A stretch of 57,296 nt of DNA, the filler included, from Sluysia triapertura (lineage: Eukaryota): NCBI GenBank assembly GCA_046118255.1. It is 4 parts of 4 records of this genome, joined end to end, with 100 filler letters (N's around TTAATTAATTAA, not from the genome) between each part and the next. Parts side by side here need not be neighbours in the genome. Positions count along the whole stretch, not along the records: positions 1 to 15,264 come from JBJNIA010233231.1; 3 more parts are not named here. One strand, 5' to 3'. A program made the translations under genes and the position numbers. The notes beneath the pieces are model-generated. The model had not been told where the DNA came from, did no database searches, and saw only the letters and a program-made list of their open reading frames with translations. How positions within the stretch are numbered: position 1 is the stretch's first letter; every line of letters begins with the position of its first letter. Below, piece by piece: positions 1 to 12,869 of the stretch.

Positions 1-16
1 TAAATAATAATACATA

Positions 17-65
<49 letters not shown>
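1..65. repeat. (TAA)n microsatellite
   Basis: Visible run of taa triplets. Similar tracts at about 6620-6820, 12797-12842, 15198-15264, 15983-16051, 33385-33435 and 34341-34423. Confidence 0.95.
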
Positions 66-66
<1 letters not shown>

Positions 67-1056
67 TAAGTAATAACAAATATTAAAATCATAATAGTAA
101 TAATAATTTCATGTATAAGTAGGTAATTGTTTTTAAAAATTAAATTATTTTTTTGAATAATTATAATTTAGGATCAGATGCCGATAAAATGCAAATAAGT
201 TCAGAATTTATAATTATTAAAATAGAAAATCCTATTGAAAGTGTGGAAGAACTAATAATTGAATTGATAAATTATTTTAGAATAAATACTTGAATATAAT
301 TGAACAAAAGTAGAAGTAGCCACAATGCTAAAATGAATGAATCAAATGTAATTATGTATGATACATTATGATACATTAAAAAAGATTTGATTATCTCTTG
401 AAAATGTTATAACAATTTATGCACAATAAAGTGTTGTAATAAATTCGTTACAAATGATTTGGAGCACAAATGAAATAGAAGTAGCAGCACTAATAACAAT
501 AATAATAGTCACAACAGTAACAACAGTGGTTATAGCAACACTTACAGAATTGTTATAACAATTTAGTATTATTATGGCGATAGTTGCTATTATTATGATA
601 ACAATTATGATAATAATTGCAAAATTATAGTAATTATATGAGTTGTTTAGTAAATTATTTATGTATTAAGTGTTGATTTGTGATCAAATGTTTTTGTGAT
701 TGTTTTAAATTAAATTGTGATGTTTCATTTATGTTAGATCATGTGGCTTAAAGTCAAGTAGAATAAAAAGAGAAATAAAGAAAAGAAGTTTAAGACATAA
801 ATACTTTTTTAAGCAAATGATTTCATATTACGGATCACCAACAGCCCAACCATTCTCAACTCACGTCTTTATTCTATTTTAAATTACAGATGTTTGTAAA
901 TTTATGTAAGATTAAGTATAATAGAAAAGTATATACCAGAATTAAAGAACTTAGATTGTTTGCAATAGGATAATAAAAAGAATTTAAAAATAATAATGTT
1001 GATAGTAATAATGTGAACTATAATGAACTGAATAGTACAGAATGATCTAACAAATA

Positions 1057-1436
1057 CTGTAAAATCCCGAGCATAAGCTGCAACGCGTATTAGCTGCAGA
1101 TAACGTTTTTATGGAAGTTTATTTTTTAGTCGTATAAGCTGCACCATTTGCGTTGATGTTCTTGAAATTTAAGAAAATGAAATGAATGTGAACGAGTCTG
1201 ATCCAAACATTGCAGTTTTTCATGACCTTATAGAATAACCAGAAAATTTCACTTTTATTGACAATGAAAGTGTGATGGTTTTGAGGAGTGTGATGTTGAA
1301 AATTGAAATAAATAATAATCTTATCTTCAATTTGAATTGTTTTTTAGTTGTATAAGCTGAACATCATATTAGCTGCAATTCAAAAATGTTGCATTTATGT
1401 ACGTATTAGCTGCAGCTTATGCTCGGGATTTTACAG
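1057..1436. mobile_element. 380-bp non-autonomous Tc1/mariner-pogo-type MITE
   Basis: Perfect 26-bp TIRs CTGTAAAATCCCGAGCATAAGCTGCA (1057-1082) and its reverse complement (1411-1436), each flanked by TA. Subterminal TAT(A/T)AGCTG repeats at about 1088, 1133, 1351, 1368 and 1404. Confidence 0.92.
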
Positions 1437-1438
1437 TA

Positions 1439-2161
1439 CATTGATGTGGTAACCGCGGTCTACTTAAATGATGTACTTCTGATAAAACATGCATACCACG
1501 CTTACTGCATAAAATTTGGCAGTTAGATAATACCAAGGTCATTTTCAAAGAATGTAGCAAATTTTTAACCATATTAATTTTTTTAATTGAATTTATTTCA
1601 TTTAAAATTAATCTAGCTAACCTTAAACAGCATTTCACGATTTTTCAAGTCATTTTCAATCCGTTTAATAATAGCTTGAAATAGAATAATGTTAATTTTA
1701 TCATCATCCAGCAAATTTTTTAATTCTTCATAATCAACCATTAAAATTTCAATGTTTTTAGATGTTTCAGAAAAATTATCAAGCATATATAAATTAACTT
1801 TTAACATAATTAATAAATTAAGTCTCTTAGCTAGTTTTCAATAATCCCAACAATTATCAATATTAATGTTGCTCCTTATGAATTTTTTACATGCTTTAAA
1901 CAACGATTTTACATCATAACGTTTAGTTATATCAATAAGCCTTTCCACATTTTGTTGAATTATTTTTATTTCACCAATATGTAAACATCGTATTATAATT
2001 TCATCTCGACCAACAGTTTGTAATAAATTCCAAAACTCATTACTAGTTTTAGCTAATTTAAACGCATTTATCATTAATTTTTGTGTTCCATTAATATATA
2101 GCTCCCTAGTTAAAGACCATGGCATATTAGAGTCAAATAAACAATCGGGGTTACTTGACAT
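1439..2161 (-). pseudogene. Kelch-like (KLHL10-like) BTB-BACK pseudogene fragment
   Basis: BTB C-half (QQNVERLIDITKRYDVKSLFKACKKFIRSNINIDNC), in-frame TGA at 1838-1840, then BACK (LDNFSE..VDYEELKNLLDDDKIN..LFQAIIKRIEND). A frameshift leads to CLRLARL...LSRPRLPHQ, resembling the KLHL10 pre-kelch RPRLP motif. Truncated by the MITE. Confidence 0.75.
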
Positions 2162-3004
2162 AAATTATTGATGGCAAATCGATACGTAATAATTATAAAA
2201 TTTATTAAAATTTTAGTTTCACATTTTTAAATTTAACCATTTTTTCTCAATATATGTATAATTGCTAATTTTATTTAACTTATACTAGATCTAAATATAC
2301 AATTTTTTGGGTAAAAATAGGTAAACACAAAAATCGTGGTAGAAATAGTGTTAAATTATAGGTTGGTTAAACTTGGTGACGATGATGATACTGATAATGA
2401 TTCTAATGACGTATTAAAGCACCAAATTCTAAACTATTTGCCAAACTACTTCAAAGATTAGTAATACTAACATTATCTGACTTGTTTTACTTTGTACTGG
2501 ATTTACTTCTAATTTTTCATCAATTTCACAAGGTAATCGTTTTGGTCCTCTTTGAGTTGTGTTTTAAGTGATACTTGATTCTGTTGTATCTTAGGAGATA
2601 TTACTAATATTATTAGACTATTGACCTTATCAAGTTAATATTTTAAACTATTATTTATTGAGTATTGTTACATTATCATTTTTGTATAATTGCATTTTTG
2701 AATAATATAACTTCCGAAATTATTTATTATTCTACCATTTATTAAAATTTCCTTAACGAATCTTGTATAATTTATGTAGCTGTAAAATCCATAAAATCCG
2801 TCTAAAATTTAGTTTTCCGAAGTTTATTCGGATTTGTAAAATCAAAAATTTTATAATAAATCCTTTTTCATAGAATTTACGTAAAATCATATTCAACATT
2901 TATTAACATTAACCTTCAATAATCACGCAAAATTAAAATCTTAGACACAGCCAGAAAAGTAACCTCCATATTAAATTTTGTAATTTAATTTCTTTATTTG
3001 AAAT

Positions 3005-3050
3005 CCAATGGCTAGCCCTAATCGGTAAGTCTAGTACGTTGGTGGACTCG
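3005..3050 (+). ncRNA. Candidate structured motif, copy F
   Basis: CCAATG-GCTAG-[CCCTAATCGGTAAGT]-CTAGT-A-CGTTGG-T-GGACTCG; both stems fully paired allowing G.U. Confidence 0.55.
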
Positions 3051-3199
3051 CCGTAAGAAAATCTTCTACTTTATTCTGTTCTGTTCTTAAGAAAAACCTT
3101 AGCAGTATTCTAGTTATTCATTCTCAATAACATTCTTGACGTAAAGAACTAAATTCTATAATTTCAACATTATTAAAATTTTTTATTAGTAATAAAGAA

Positions 3200-3812
3200 A
3201 GTTCGTTACATATTAAAATTATTCAGATCAGTTTTGATCATAAATAAAAGTAAAACGTTAAATTATAAAACAAAAACTCGTACTATTCATCTCCAACTTT
3301 CTAAATTTATTTCTTTTGACACTGATATCTATGCGCTGGCCCTTTAGTGCGTAAGCCTTGTGTCACAGAGGACTCACATAAAAGATATTAATAAGCAAAA
3401 CAAAAACAAAAGTAGCAAAAAATTCACAATATATACAAAAATGCAGATACATACAATTCTATATATGCACTTTCATACAAACAAGAAGAATAATAGGAAA
3501 ATTTATTGTGAAGATAACAGAAGTTATAACGTTAACAATCATAGAATCAAATTTATAATAGAATTATTATGTATTTTAATATGATAATGTTGGTAGTATT
3601 GCGATAATATGAAATTATTATAAGAATCATTATTACAATGGAAATTCTGATAACAACAACTATAACTCATGATAATTGTATATTATGATTATGTCTGTGT
3701 TTTGTGTGGAACATGTAACTTGTTTAGTGTTTTGATTGTGTATGGAATGTTGATTTGTGATGGCTTGTGTTTGCGATTGTGTCGTGTATGTGTGGAGTTC
3801 ACTGAACGTACA
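3200..3812 (-). mobile_element. Solo LTR-like remnant (low-coordinate boundary approximate)
   Basis: Minus strand starts TGTACGTTCAGTGAACTC followed by an AC-rich tract, like the gypsy 3' LTR start at 35440 (TGTAGTGAACTC). 3431-3655 is homologous to 10501-10744. Confidence 0.5.
3328..3378 (+). ncRNA. Candidate structured motif, copy A
   Basis: TCTATG-C-GCTGG-[CCCTTTAGTGCGTAAGC]-CTTGT-GT-CACAGA-GGACTCAC; sequence-similar to copies B and C, with imperfect stems. Confidence 0.5.
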
Positions 3813-6204
3813 TTTTAAAAATATATCGAGTCCTTTTCAATTGAAAAGATCAGATAAATAAGTTCATCAATCTAAGACCTTTTGAGGTCAATCAACAAGA
3901 AAACAACATAAACTGTGTTCATTTATTTTTAAAATACACAAGTATAAACATATTTTTAAGTAAGTTCTTACTGAAGATTGTTCAATTATTGAGTAAACGG
4001 AACATAAATTGATTTTAAACGAAACCGAAATTTGACTTTTAAGTTTATCGCCGAAATAAATATTGACTTCGAAAGATTTTCAATTTGTTCACAAATTCAT
4101 TAGTTTCAATAGATTTTGATTATTCCAAAGCTTCGAAATTAATTTAAATACTAGTTAGAGCAAAAACAATTGTTTCACCAGAAAATTTGATTTTCACGCC
4201 AGTTTTTTATTAATAAGTTTGAGAACTTTAATATAGCCACCATATAACTCTTTTATTATCACAATCACATACTCAATCTTTTTATAGTTGATATATGGTA
4301 TTCATTATTATTTAATAATATTCTTCCATCCAAAATTTTAACTTTCAGCGCCTTTTAAAGGACTGTTTTAAAGATTTCCATAAACTAAGGGACTATAAAT
4401 TAAGTAGATGCAATATAATATAAAATCTGTTGTGTTATTTGCTTTTCATGAGTTATTTTAAATAAGCCCTTAAAATCAAGTTCTACATTAAATAATGACA
4501 TAAAACACATTTTATAAATAGAGCACTCGAATTGTAGGAAACCTAAGAGTCGTAGACTCCATTGTAATAATAATTATATGGAGTTTAAGGATTATTTTCT
4601 TAAGATATTCACGTTAATACCTCATTAATTTAAAATAAGAGGCCTCCATAAATTTTGAAATTTTGCCTACTTTGATTAAAAATCGTGTGGATAATCCCTT
4701 AATTGTGCAAGACTTGAATCACAGGTGAACATATTTGCAAGAATATGAAGAATAAGCTTTTATTCATTTTATATCAATACTAAAAATATCTTTGAATTGA
4801 TAATTTATCACGATTTCAAATAATAAAAATTTGATGAACTGAGTTACTATCACAACCAAAATGAAAATAAAAATCAATTTAGTTTTCATTTTTGATGCTT
4901 TAAAACAGACAAATATATTAAAATTAAAACTTTGTTGATGTTGCTAACACAAAATAAAGTTTTATTTAATATAATAAAATAAAATAATAACTAACGCAAT
5001 AGTTAATTTGTTTTTGTACAAACTATGGTAGTAGTAAAGAAATTAACTGAAAAAAATTTTTAATTTTATATTTTATTATTCAATTTAGTAATATTTTTAT
5101 AAAAATGTGAATGTTGATAACACTCAGCTAGAAATAATTATTTAACGTACTCAATAGTTGAAACATACAATATATGTTGAATTAAACTTAATATTATTCT
5201 TTTTCGGTATAACAATAATATAAATCAACAATGAAAATCTCATCAATGAAAATTAATTTTAAAATAAAATGAAATCACATCGGTTTTATATTTTGATGAA
5301 CTTTCAACTTTAATGTAAACATATACAACAAATCAATCCTTTAAATTAAGTCGTTGGTACTTTAATCACAATGATTCAATTTAATTTTTTTTATCTTGTT
5401 TAGATAAAGTCTTACATTTTGTCGTGAAATAATTATTAGTAATAAAAAATCTTTAAAAATTTTATGTGACATTATGATTTCTTATAAGTCCCAATGATCA
5501 TAATAAAAAATAAAAATATTAATATATATTTATAAAAGATTGGAATTTGGGAAATTTAAATTTATGTTTATAAATTAATAAAATAAATATAATTAATGTA
5601 AAAACATCTGAATAATCTTAAAATAAAATAATAAATTTCAAAATAAACACCATAGAATATCCTAAAATCAAAATAGGTGATAGAAAATAAAAACTTAACA
5701 TAATACCCAAATCTGAACTCACTAAACTTAATTAGCAATACAAAACAAGTATGGATTAGTCTGTAGCGTCGAAAAACTGTATTAAAATAGAAATGAGCAA
5801 ATACTAACACAAACCAACAAATAATTGCTAAATAAATAAATATATATTTAGCGAATTATAATATGGCCAAATAAATGTAAATAAACAAATAAATAATATA
5901 AATATGAAAATAACAATACTATTACAGTAATACATAAAAAGAAATTAGCCATATAATAAAATAAACTAAAAGGTGATATTAACTATAGAGAATTATTATA
6001 GAATGAATAAAAAATTAATTGACCTATGTACCAATAATCGAAAACAGTACATAAGAGATTAAATAACTTCAAAACAATAAGAAGTTAAATTCTTCGAATT
6101 GTTATTGTAATCGTAATTGATCAAATGACAGTTCAAACTGAAGGTCTACCTAGAGTTCGCCTATAGTATAGAATTTGTACTCTTTTGATCGACATACCTA
6201 CAGG

Positions 6205-6600
6205 TGTGGTGGCCAACCTCATCAATCAAAATTTTAAGACGTTATAATATACTAAAATTAATAACTTCACAACACACTCAGATTCTTAATCTTACAACAT
6301 CAAATCATCATTTTCATCAAAAGTCATTAAAATTACACTTAAATTCAAATACAATGGCAATTTAAATGGAATTTCTTTTAACATCTCTAACTTCTTCAAT
6401 TACTTTTTATACTTATTTTATTTTACAATAATGTATAACGTTTCCTCCAACAAATATTTCATTACGTATATTAATAACATTATAGTATGTTGAAGAACTT
6501 GAAAGAATAATTTTTAATAGAAATATTTCAAGAAAAAGGAGTAGTTTTAATAAGATATTTATGTTAAGAAGATTTTTAAGAAAGAGAAATGTTTGTAGAC
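6205..6600 (+). mobile_element. LTR-like remnant (end approximate)
   Basis: Starts TGTGGTGGCCAACCTC plus an AC-rich tract, similar to TGTGGTGGTACAGCCTC at 18337, which follows a gypsy integrase remnant. Confidence 0.35.
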
Positions 6601-8924
6601 AAAGAATTTTTTGCTTATATTATTATTACTATTATTATTATTATTAATTTTATTCTGTTTTTATTCATTTATTTTATTTTATTATTATTATTGACATTAT
6701 TACAATTTTATTATCAGTATTATTATCATTATGTATTTTATTATTATTTTTATTATTATTATTATTATTATTATCATTATTACAATTTTATTATCATTAT
6801 TATTATCAGTATTATTACCATTATGTATTTTATCGTTAAAAATTTTAATTTCATGCCCGTCATTAGTTGACAGTTTCAGTTATATAAATTACAATTCACC
6901 TTCTTGGTTGTCAACTAATGACAGTTGTTGTTGATACAAAATTTATAATTGATTATAAATTAAACATAGCTCAAATGAGTTGCACTTCAATTCTCTCTTA
7001 TTGGCCAAAAATCACATAAGTCGTTAGCATTCAATGTGATTTGATTATGCAATTAACTGAAAACATTAATTGGCTAGAACACACATCAACCACAATTTTT
7101 ATGCCACAATTATTTTTAAAAAAATACAATTAATTTAATCTGAATTTTATTAAAAGTATTTGTTATTCCCATATTTAGATTTCTGAGAGAATTAATAATT
7201 ATTTTGATTTTTTAAAGTTTCTTGTTACAAAATATCAGTATTTTGATTTTTATTAGGATATTTTTGTATTTAATTAAATATGTTGCATAAAGAAAATGAA
7301 GTTGGTAATAGATCAAGACAGTTTGCCAAAAGACCATTTCAAAAATATATTAAATTAGATGTTCAAGATTAGAAACAAACCAATTTAGATAAGTTATTTA
7401 AGCATTTTAATTTTTAGCTATTGGGTTTTCCTAAGTGTCTATACTATTAGGTTTTCGGTGACAATTTTACTTTTGTCTTTGATTACTACTAATTGCCTTA
7501 CAATTTAAATTTTCAATTAAATACATCAACATAGTATTAAGAAAAGGAATTTTTATTTACAAATACATCAATTACAATCAAAAATGTAAATATAAATATA
7601 TAATTTATAACATTAAGGGTTTTAAGCTAATGTTTCTGAATAAAGATTTGATAATTAGTTTGTTACTAATGTTAGGTTAGCGTATAAAAAATAGATTTTT
7701 CGTAAGATTTTGTTCCTAACTTTAAATAAATTAAAAGTACGAGGTACTAATAGAAAAGGATTCGATAAGTCTGAAAGATGAGTTGCTGGAACACTGGAGA
7801 TTAACCGAAACAATTGAAATTAACTGTGGAAATACCACAATATTCGAATAAGAATTCTTTTCGGTAGAGTTTCACATAAATCAACTCGTGAATTTTACTT
7901 TTATCTCTTATTATTCTTGAGGTTTTCATTTTAAGTATTACTCTTTTTATATTAATGAGTGATACGCTTCGCAAATCACTTCTAAATTACCATTTGTTAA
8001 ATTTTTGTCACACTGTTTATTACTATTTTTATAATATCTATTACAATTTTTATTCTTTCACTTTTTTATTATAAAAATGCATATTTGACTACCTAAATTA
8101 TTAAATTTATAAAAGCAAAAGTATTATTTAGAATCTTGACAAGTAATTATTATTTGTTAACGTTAATTAATAATTGTTTATTGTAATTTGGAGCAGCAAT
8201 TATTATTTTAATCCATACGTAATGCCATTTAGCAGTCAATGCAACTTTTAAATTAGAAAAGTCGCATCATTCATAAAATGTTACTAAATTAAAATTTTAT
8301 CATTTGTAAAATTTTGTATATTTTCAAGAAGCATACAATGTAAAATTAACCAGTTTTTTTAATTTTTTACAATGATTTAAGTTTTAAAGATTATTATTAT
8401 TACATGTCTACACATTGGCACTCTTTAATTGTCTCATAGCATGTATGTGTAATCACGATCAGTTCATTTGGTTAAAGAGCATTTATGTCATAAAATATTT
8501 GCTTATTTTATTATTTCATTTTTTGTAATTATACTAATATTTTATTATTTGTTATAACAACATTTAAATCAAAAAATAAATGCTAAAATTTGCACTTCTA
8601 TCTCTTTTACCGGAGAAAAGTTTAATGTATAATTATCCCCCTCGTGAAATAAAATTTTCATATCAAATTTTTAAAAATTAAATGTTTTACAAAAAAGAAG
8701 GCAACATTTTACTCAATAAAATCAAATAATTTAAATAAAAGCAATATACTTTTAACTGCATTAAGTTGATATTATTTTTATTAATTAAAGTATTAAGCGT
8801 TTTTATAAAAGTCTATCAAATTATTTTACAAAAAGATTGAAATTTAAACGAAATAGTAACTGTGGAGGGATTCATAAAATTTTATTAAAAAACTTAAATT
8901 AACTATTAATAAAATATTAATTTT

Positions 8925-9725
8925 TTAATTTATCAAGATAAAACAATCTTTAACAAATACATAGGTCTTAAGGCCCTTGAAAACAATAATAAATTTAATA
9001 AACAATGTACTGAACAAATATGAATCCAAATTTTTATTAACAAAAAGATGATTATACATCAACCGGTTTAATGTTTCTATAGCAACTAAGAGAACAATAA
9101 TTATTAGAATCAAATTAATTATAATAAAAATTAACCAATAGAATTGTTTTACCTTAATCAGAGATTGACGATTAGAATAAATAGTCTGTATTGAAGTATT
9201 AACATCTTTAGTACTTGGACGTGAATTACAACAATCTTGATGTTCTTTATTTTTGACACAGGATGGATATTCATTGCAGCGCTGTTCACGAGTAAAACAA
9301 AAATCGCAGAAATTTTCACTACAATTTATAGTAATTGCATTAAAATTCATATAAACGTTGTAATGATTTGGTTGTCCTTCATGCATGATAAATGTTACAT
9401 TTGTAAAAAATAGCACATATGTCTCTGATAAATTTTAAATTCATAAAATTTTAAACATTTATGATTTTGAAGTATCATGTATGATAGTGCAGTGACTTGC
9501 AATTTTTCAACATGTAACATTATTTTGCACATAAGTAGTATTAAATATTTGTTCTATAGTGCATTTCATAATCGTAAAATATGATTCTAATATTTTAAAC
9601 AAATATGTAAGATAACCTTTAATAACCGTTCCATTTCGGCATGTAGTTGAATTCATATCGATAAATGACGCATTAGTTACAATTATATAAAATAAGGCAT
9701 ATAAACTGCTTAATTTTAGCGCCAT
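8925..9725 (-). pseudogene. Decayed single-pass membrane protein with signal peptide and LDLa-like Cys module
   Basis: N-terminal hydrophobic MALKLSSLYALFYIIVTNA; possible 30-nt GT-AG intron 9587-9616; in-frame TGA at 9507-9509; CSENFCDFCFTREQRCNEYPSCVKNKEHQDC has LDLa-like Cys spacing without the acidic residues; TM segment FYWLIFIIINLILIIIVLLVAI. Confidence 0.45.
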
Positions 9726-9884
9726 ATTCAGATCACATAAATTATACTAAGTTTTAACATTTAGGAATAATTGATTTGTCCAATGGAAAATAATTAATAT
9801 TAGTTTTTATATATTTAATAATTTTTATAATTTTAGGGATAGTAGAAACAGAAACAAATTGAAATAGTAGTAGAATTAGTAAAT

Positions 9885-10265
9885 CTATTATTATTCTACA
9901 TTGATATTTTCATTCTACATCGTTATTTTCATCTATTATTTTACTTTCACCAGAATTTGGAGAAAATAGTAATATTAGTGATGGTGGTAACACTAGTGAT
10001 AGTAGTAATAATAATAATAATATTAATAAATTGTAATTGGTTATCATTCTACATGGATAAAACGTTTTGGATTTCATTTATTTTACTTTCACCAGCATTT
10101 GGGGACTACAGTTAATTTCCAACATTTATATATTTAAGTATTTAATTTAAATATTTGATTTACCAAAATTAATTTGTAGTAAATTGGTTATCATTCTGCG
10201 TGAATAAAATGTTTTAGATTTCAATATTTTCATCTATTATTTTACTTTCGCCAGCATTTTTGGGA
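9885..10265 (-). repeat. Three diverged 75-90 bp direct repeats, coding-like on the minus strand
   Basis: tattttactttc(a/g)ccag(a/c)attt core at about 9938, 10079 and 10238; translates as N(A/S)GESKI..., with stops. Confidence 0.7.
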
Positions 10266-10500
10266 ATCTGACAAGCCTTCATTAAACGCAACTCTATTAT
10301 CTGTTGTACATATTACTGAATTCAAAGAATCAGCATTAGGAGATTCAAATAACACACTTATATCTTGCGAAAAATTTTCAATTTAGAATTCACATTATAG
10401 TCGACATTATTAATATTTTCGAGTTTTTAGTATTTTTAGTGATTTTTCACATCATTATTTAACTTTCTTGTTTGAGACGAAATTAAAGAATGATTAAACA

Positions 10501-10744
10501 TACGTACAAAATGCAGAAATATATACAATTTTATATATACAAATTCATACAAACAAAAAAATAAAAGGAAGATTAATTGTGAAGATAACAGAGATTATAA
10601 TGATAGCAATAATAGAATCAAACTTATGATAAGATTATTATGTATTTTAGTACGTTAATGTTAATAGTATTACGATATTATTACAAGAATTATTAAATGA
10701 ATTTATTATAAGGATTATTATTTCAATGGAAAATATGATAATAA
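10501..10744. repeat. Dispersed repeat homologous to 3431-3655 (LTR-like family)
   Basis: Shared blocks aaaatgcaga, ttcatacaaacaa, ttgtgaagataacag, atagaatcaaa, attattatgtatttta, caatggaaa in the same order. Confidence 0.8.
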
Positions 10745-11003
10745 TTATAATTTAAATGTTATATTTTGCATCACAACTCCAAAAAAAAGTTGAAAAGAAT
10801 TTATCTAGAAAGATATTTTCTTTTACACTTTAATTTTCTTAAATATTAAAGTGTAATAGCGCATTTTACATTGAATTTAATTATGGAGTAGATATCAGAA
10901 TTAAACGAACTTTTAAATAAAAATTTATGTACAATACAATATATATTATTACATAATATAAATGTTATATGTTGTGATACAAAATATAACATTTAAATTA
11001 TAA
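10745..11003. mobile_element. 259-bp foldback/MITE-like element
   Basis: 33-bp inverted repeats 10745-10777 and 10971-11003 with one mismatch; TSD not resolvable. Confidence 0.65.
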
Positions 11004-11119
11004 AACATAATTAACGTTTTTTGCAATATTTTAGTACTTTTAATTTTTACTATTTCCATGTTCATTTTTTATCTTCTGGATTATTTCCAAATAATAAATC
11101 GTATTCACTATAAATAATA

Positions 11120-11835
11120 ACATCGGTTCTCCTAAATTTACATACCAAGTTGGACTTGCGCTACCACTATCGGGATATTAGTTTTATATACGTCTCTCGA
11201 TGTCTTTTGCGTTTCAATTGATTATAGTTTGATAACCCTAATGCAAGTACGTGACTGTCATCTTGCTGATTATTATTGTCTTGTTCCCCCTGAATACGAC
11301 CATCAACAGCCCTGGAAGCTAATTGTTGCTGTTAGTCGTAGTTTAATATTTTCAAATGCTGTTTATGTAACTTGGAAGTATCTTGGGTTATAAAGGCTGA
11401 TTTTTTGTAGGCTAAGCTAGCAATACAAGGACTATGATCATTGATTCTAAAAAAATCCTTTACCACAATCACCTTTATGTTTACATCCATATACTCATAT
11501 TCTCATTGAGATTTTACCAACCAAATTTACAGGATGAAATCTAATGAAACGCGCGACAAAAGGTTCAAGAAGATATGAATTTGTGGAGAGTTTTCATCAC
11601 GATTTCCTTCAAATATCATTCTATTTCTGATCAAATTGCGATTGTATCCAAGTAACTGAGTATTCCTTATAATAATACCAAGTTCGGCTATTGATACTGT
11701 ATGAAATTTAATAATGGGTCACCTAATGTCTTTCATCGCCTCGTCCTTTAGTTATCAGGCCTGTAATGAGGGTTGGAGGACCAATGTCAATTTGTCGTCA
11801 CTGATAAGCAGAGTTTTCATATTGATGGCAATTTT
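11120..11835 (-). pseudogene. F5/8 type C (discoidin) plus F-type lectin (FTP)-like domain fragment
   Basis: AYQ*RQIDIGPPTLITGLITKGRGDERH*VTHY*ISYS..TWYYY..IFEGNRD..EPFVARFIRFHP..ISMRI*VYGC, then LAYKKSA..ASRAVDG..SPTWYVNLG. Multiple stops and frameshifts; not in the ORF track. Confidence 0.85.
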
Positions 11836-11939
11836 CTTTCATTGGTTTGTCTTGACCACTATCTATTTGTGATTCTGATGATTCTATATCGATCTAATTC
11901 TCTTTCGCTTGACTTAAATTACTTTTTATGTTTAATTTT

Positions 11940-12155
11940 TTTAACATATTGTTTGAGTTGGCAACATTTTTCAGTGTGATTACCTTGTCAAAATCGGGAC
12001 GCATTAATTTATAGCCTCACTGAATTCATCTTGAACGTCTGTCCAAGTCTCTTGTTCTTCTAAAATTACTTTTCCAGCCTCAAGAGGCGTTTCTGGTACT
12101 ATCATATGTTTACAGATCCAAGGATGTTGAAGAACTTGTTCAATTGAAATGTTGG
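11940..12155 (-). pseudogene. MAPKAPK2: MAPKAP kinase 2/3 C-terminal fragment
   Basis: ISIEQVLQHPWICKHMIVPETPLEAGKVILEEQETWTDVQDEFSEAI, frameshift, MRPDFDKVITLKNVANSNNML. Matches the MK2 HPWI..VPQTPL..WEDVKEEMTSAL.TMRVDY..SNPLL region. Confidence 0.85.
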
Positions 12156-12653
12156 GGTTATGAAAAAACAAATTTAATAACAGATACCAAATGCATACTT
12201 TGATAAGGTTGATAAGAAAAATAAAAAGAATAATAATGATAACGACAACGTAATTATTACATAATTTAGAATAATGTAATGGTATTGAGGATGTTAATAT
12301 AAAATTTATTATAAAAGTTATTATATGATAATCATATTATATATTTTAATACGATTTGGATTATAATAACAATAACTGCGGTTTATGATAATTATGTGCA
12401 ATGGTTGTTTGTTTTTTGAATGAGTTTAGTCGTTTGTTTAATGATCTGTGTAAGTAAGTGATGTTTTTATGTGATGATGTGTGATGAATTTTATCTTATT
12501 TCCCTATAAAGCTAATTGTCAGAAAAACCCTCAGAAGTTTTCTAAGTATAATAGACTATAGATTCATAATTTTTGTTATTAATTACAAGAAAAGAGTACA
12601 TATTCGCATTTATCTCAATTAGAAGAAAAGCTTTTTAAGTCTACGTGCTGTTA

Positions 12654-12701
12654 CTTATTAGTGCGTCTCCTTAGGATTAAAGCGTACATCGTAAGCGGAC
12701 C
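12654..12701 (+). ncRNA. Candidate structured motif, copy G (diverged)
   Basis: CTTAT-TA-GTGCG-[TCTCCTTAGGATTAAAG]-CGTAC-ATC-GTAAG-C-GGACC. Confidence 0.4.
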
Positions 12702-12797
12702 TTTAGAATTAAATAATCAATTTGCAAAGTCTAAGAAAATACTAGCAGTACAGAACTTTCAATGTCAATGCGTATTTAAAAATGTGTCATATTTTTA

Positions 12798-12842
<45 letters not shown>

Positions 12843-12869
12843 GTAGCATTATGTAATTTAATTTTTAAG

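Noticed and set aside
6589-6934. Hydrophobic or Ile/Tyr-rich ORFs (also 12661, 15864, 52711)
   Set aside because: Translations of ATT/TAT microsatellites.
1838-11800. UGA read as Trp (in-frame TGA at 1838, 9507 and 11798 where Trp would fit)
   Set aside because: TAG also replaces a conserved Trp (11723), the same loci carry frameshifts, WDR36 uses TGG, and open ORFs end in TGA. Ordinary G-to-A decay explains it.
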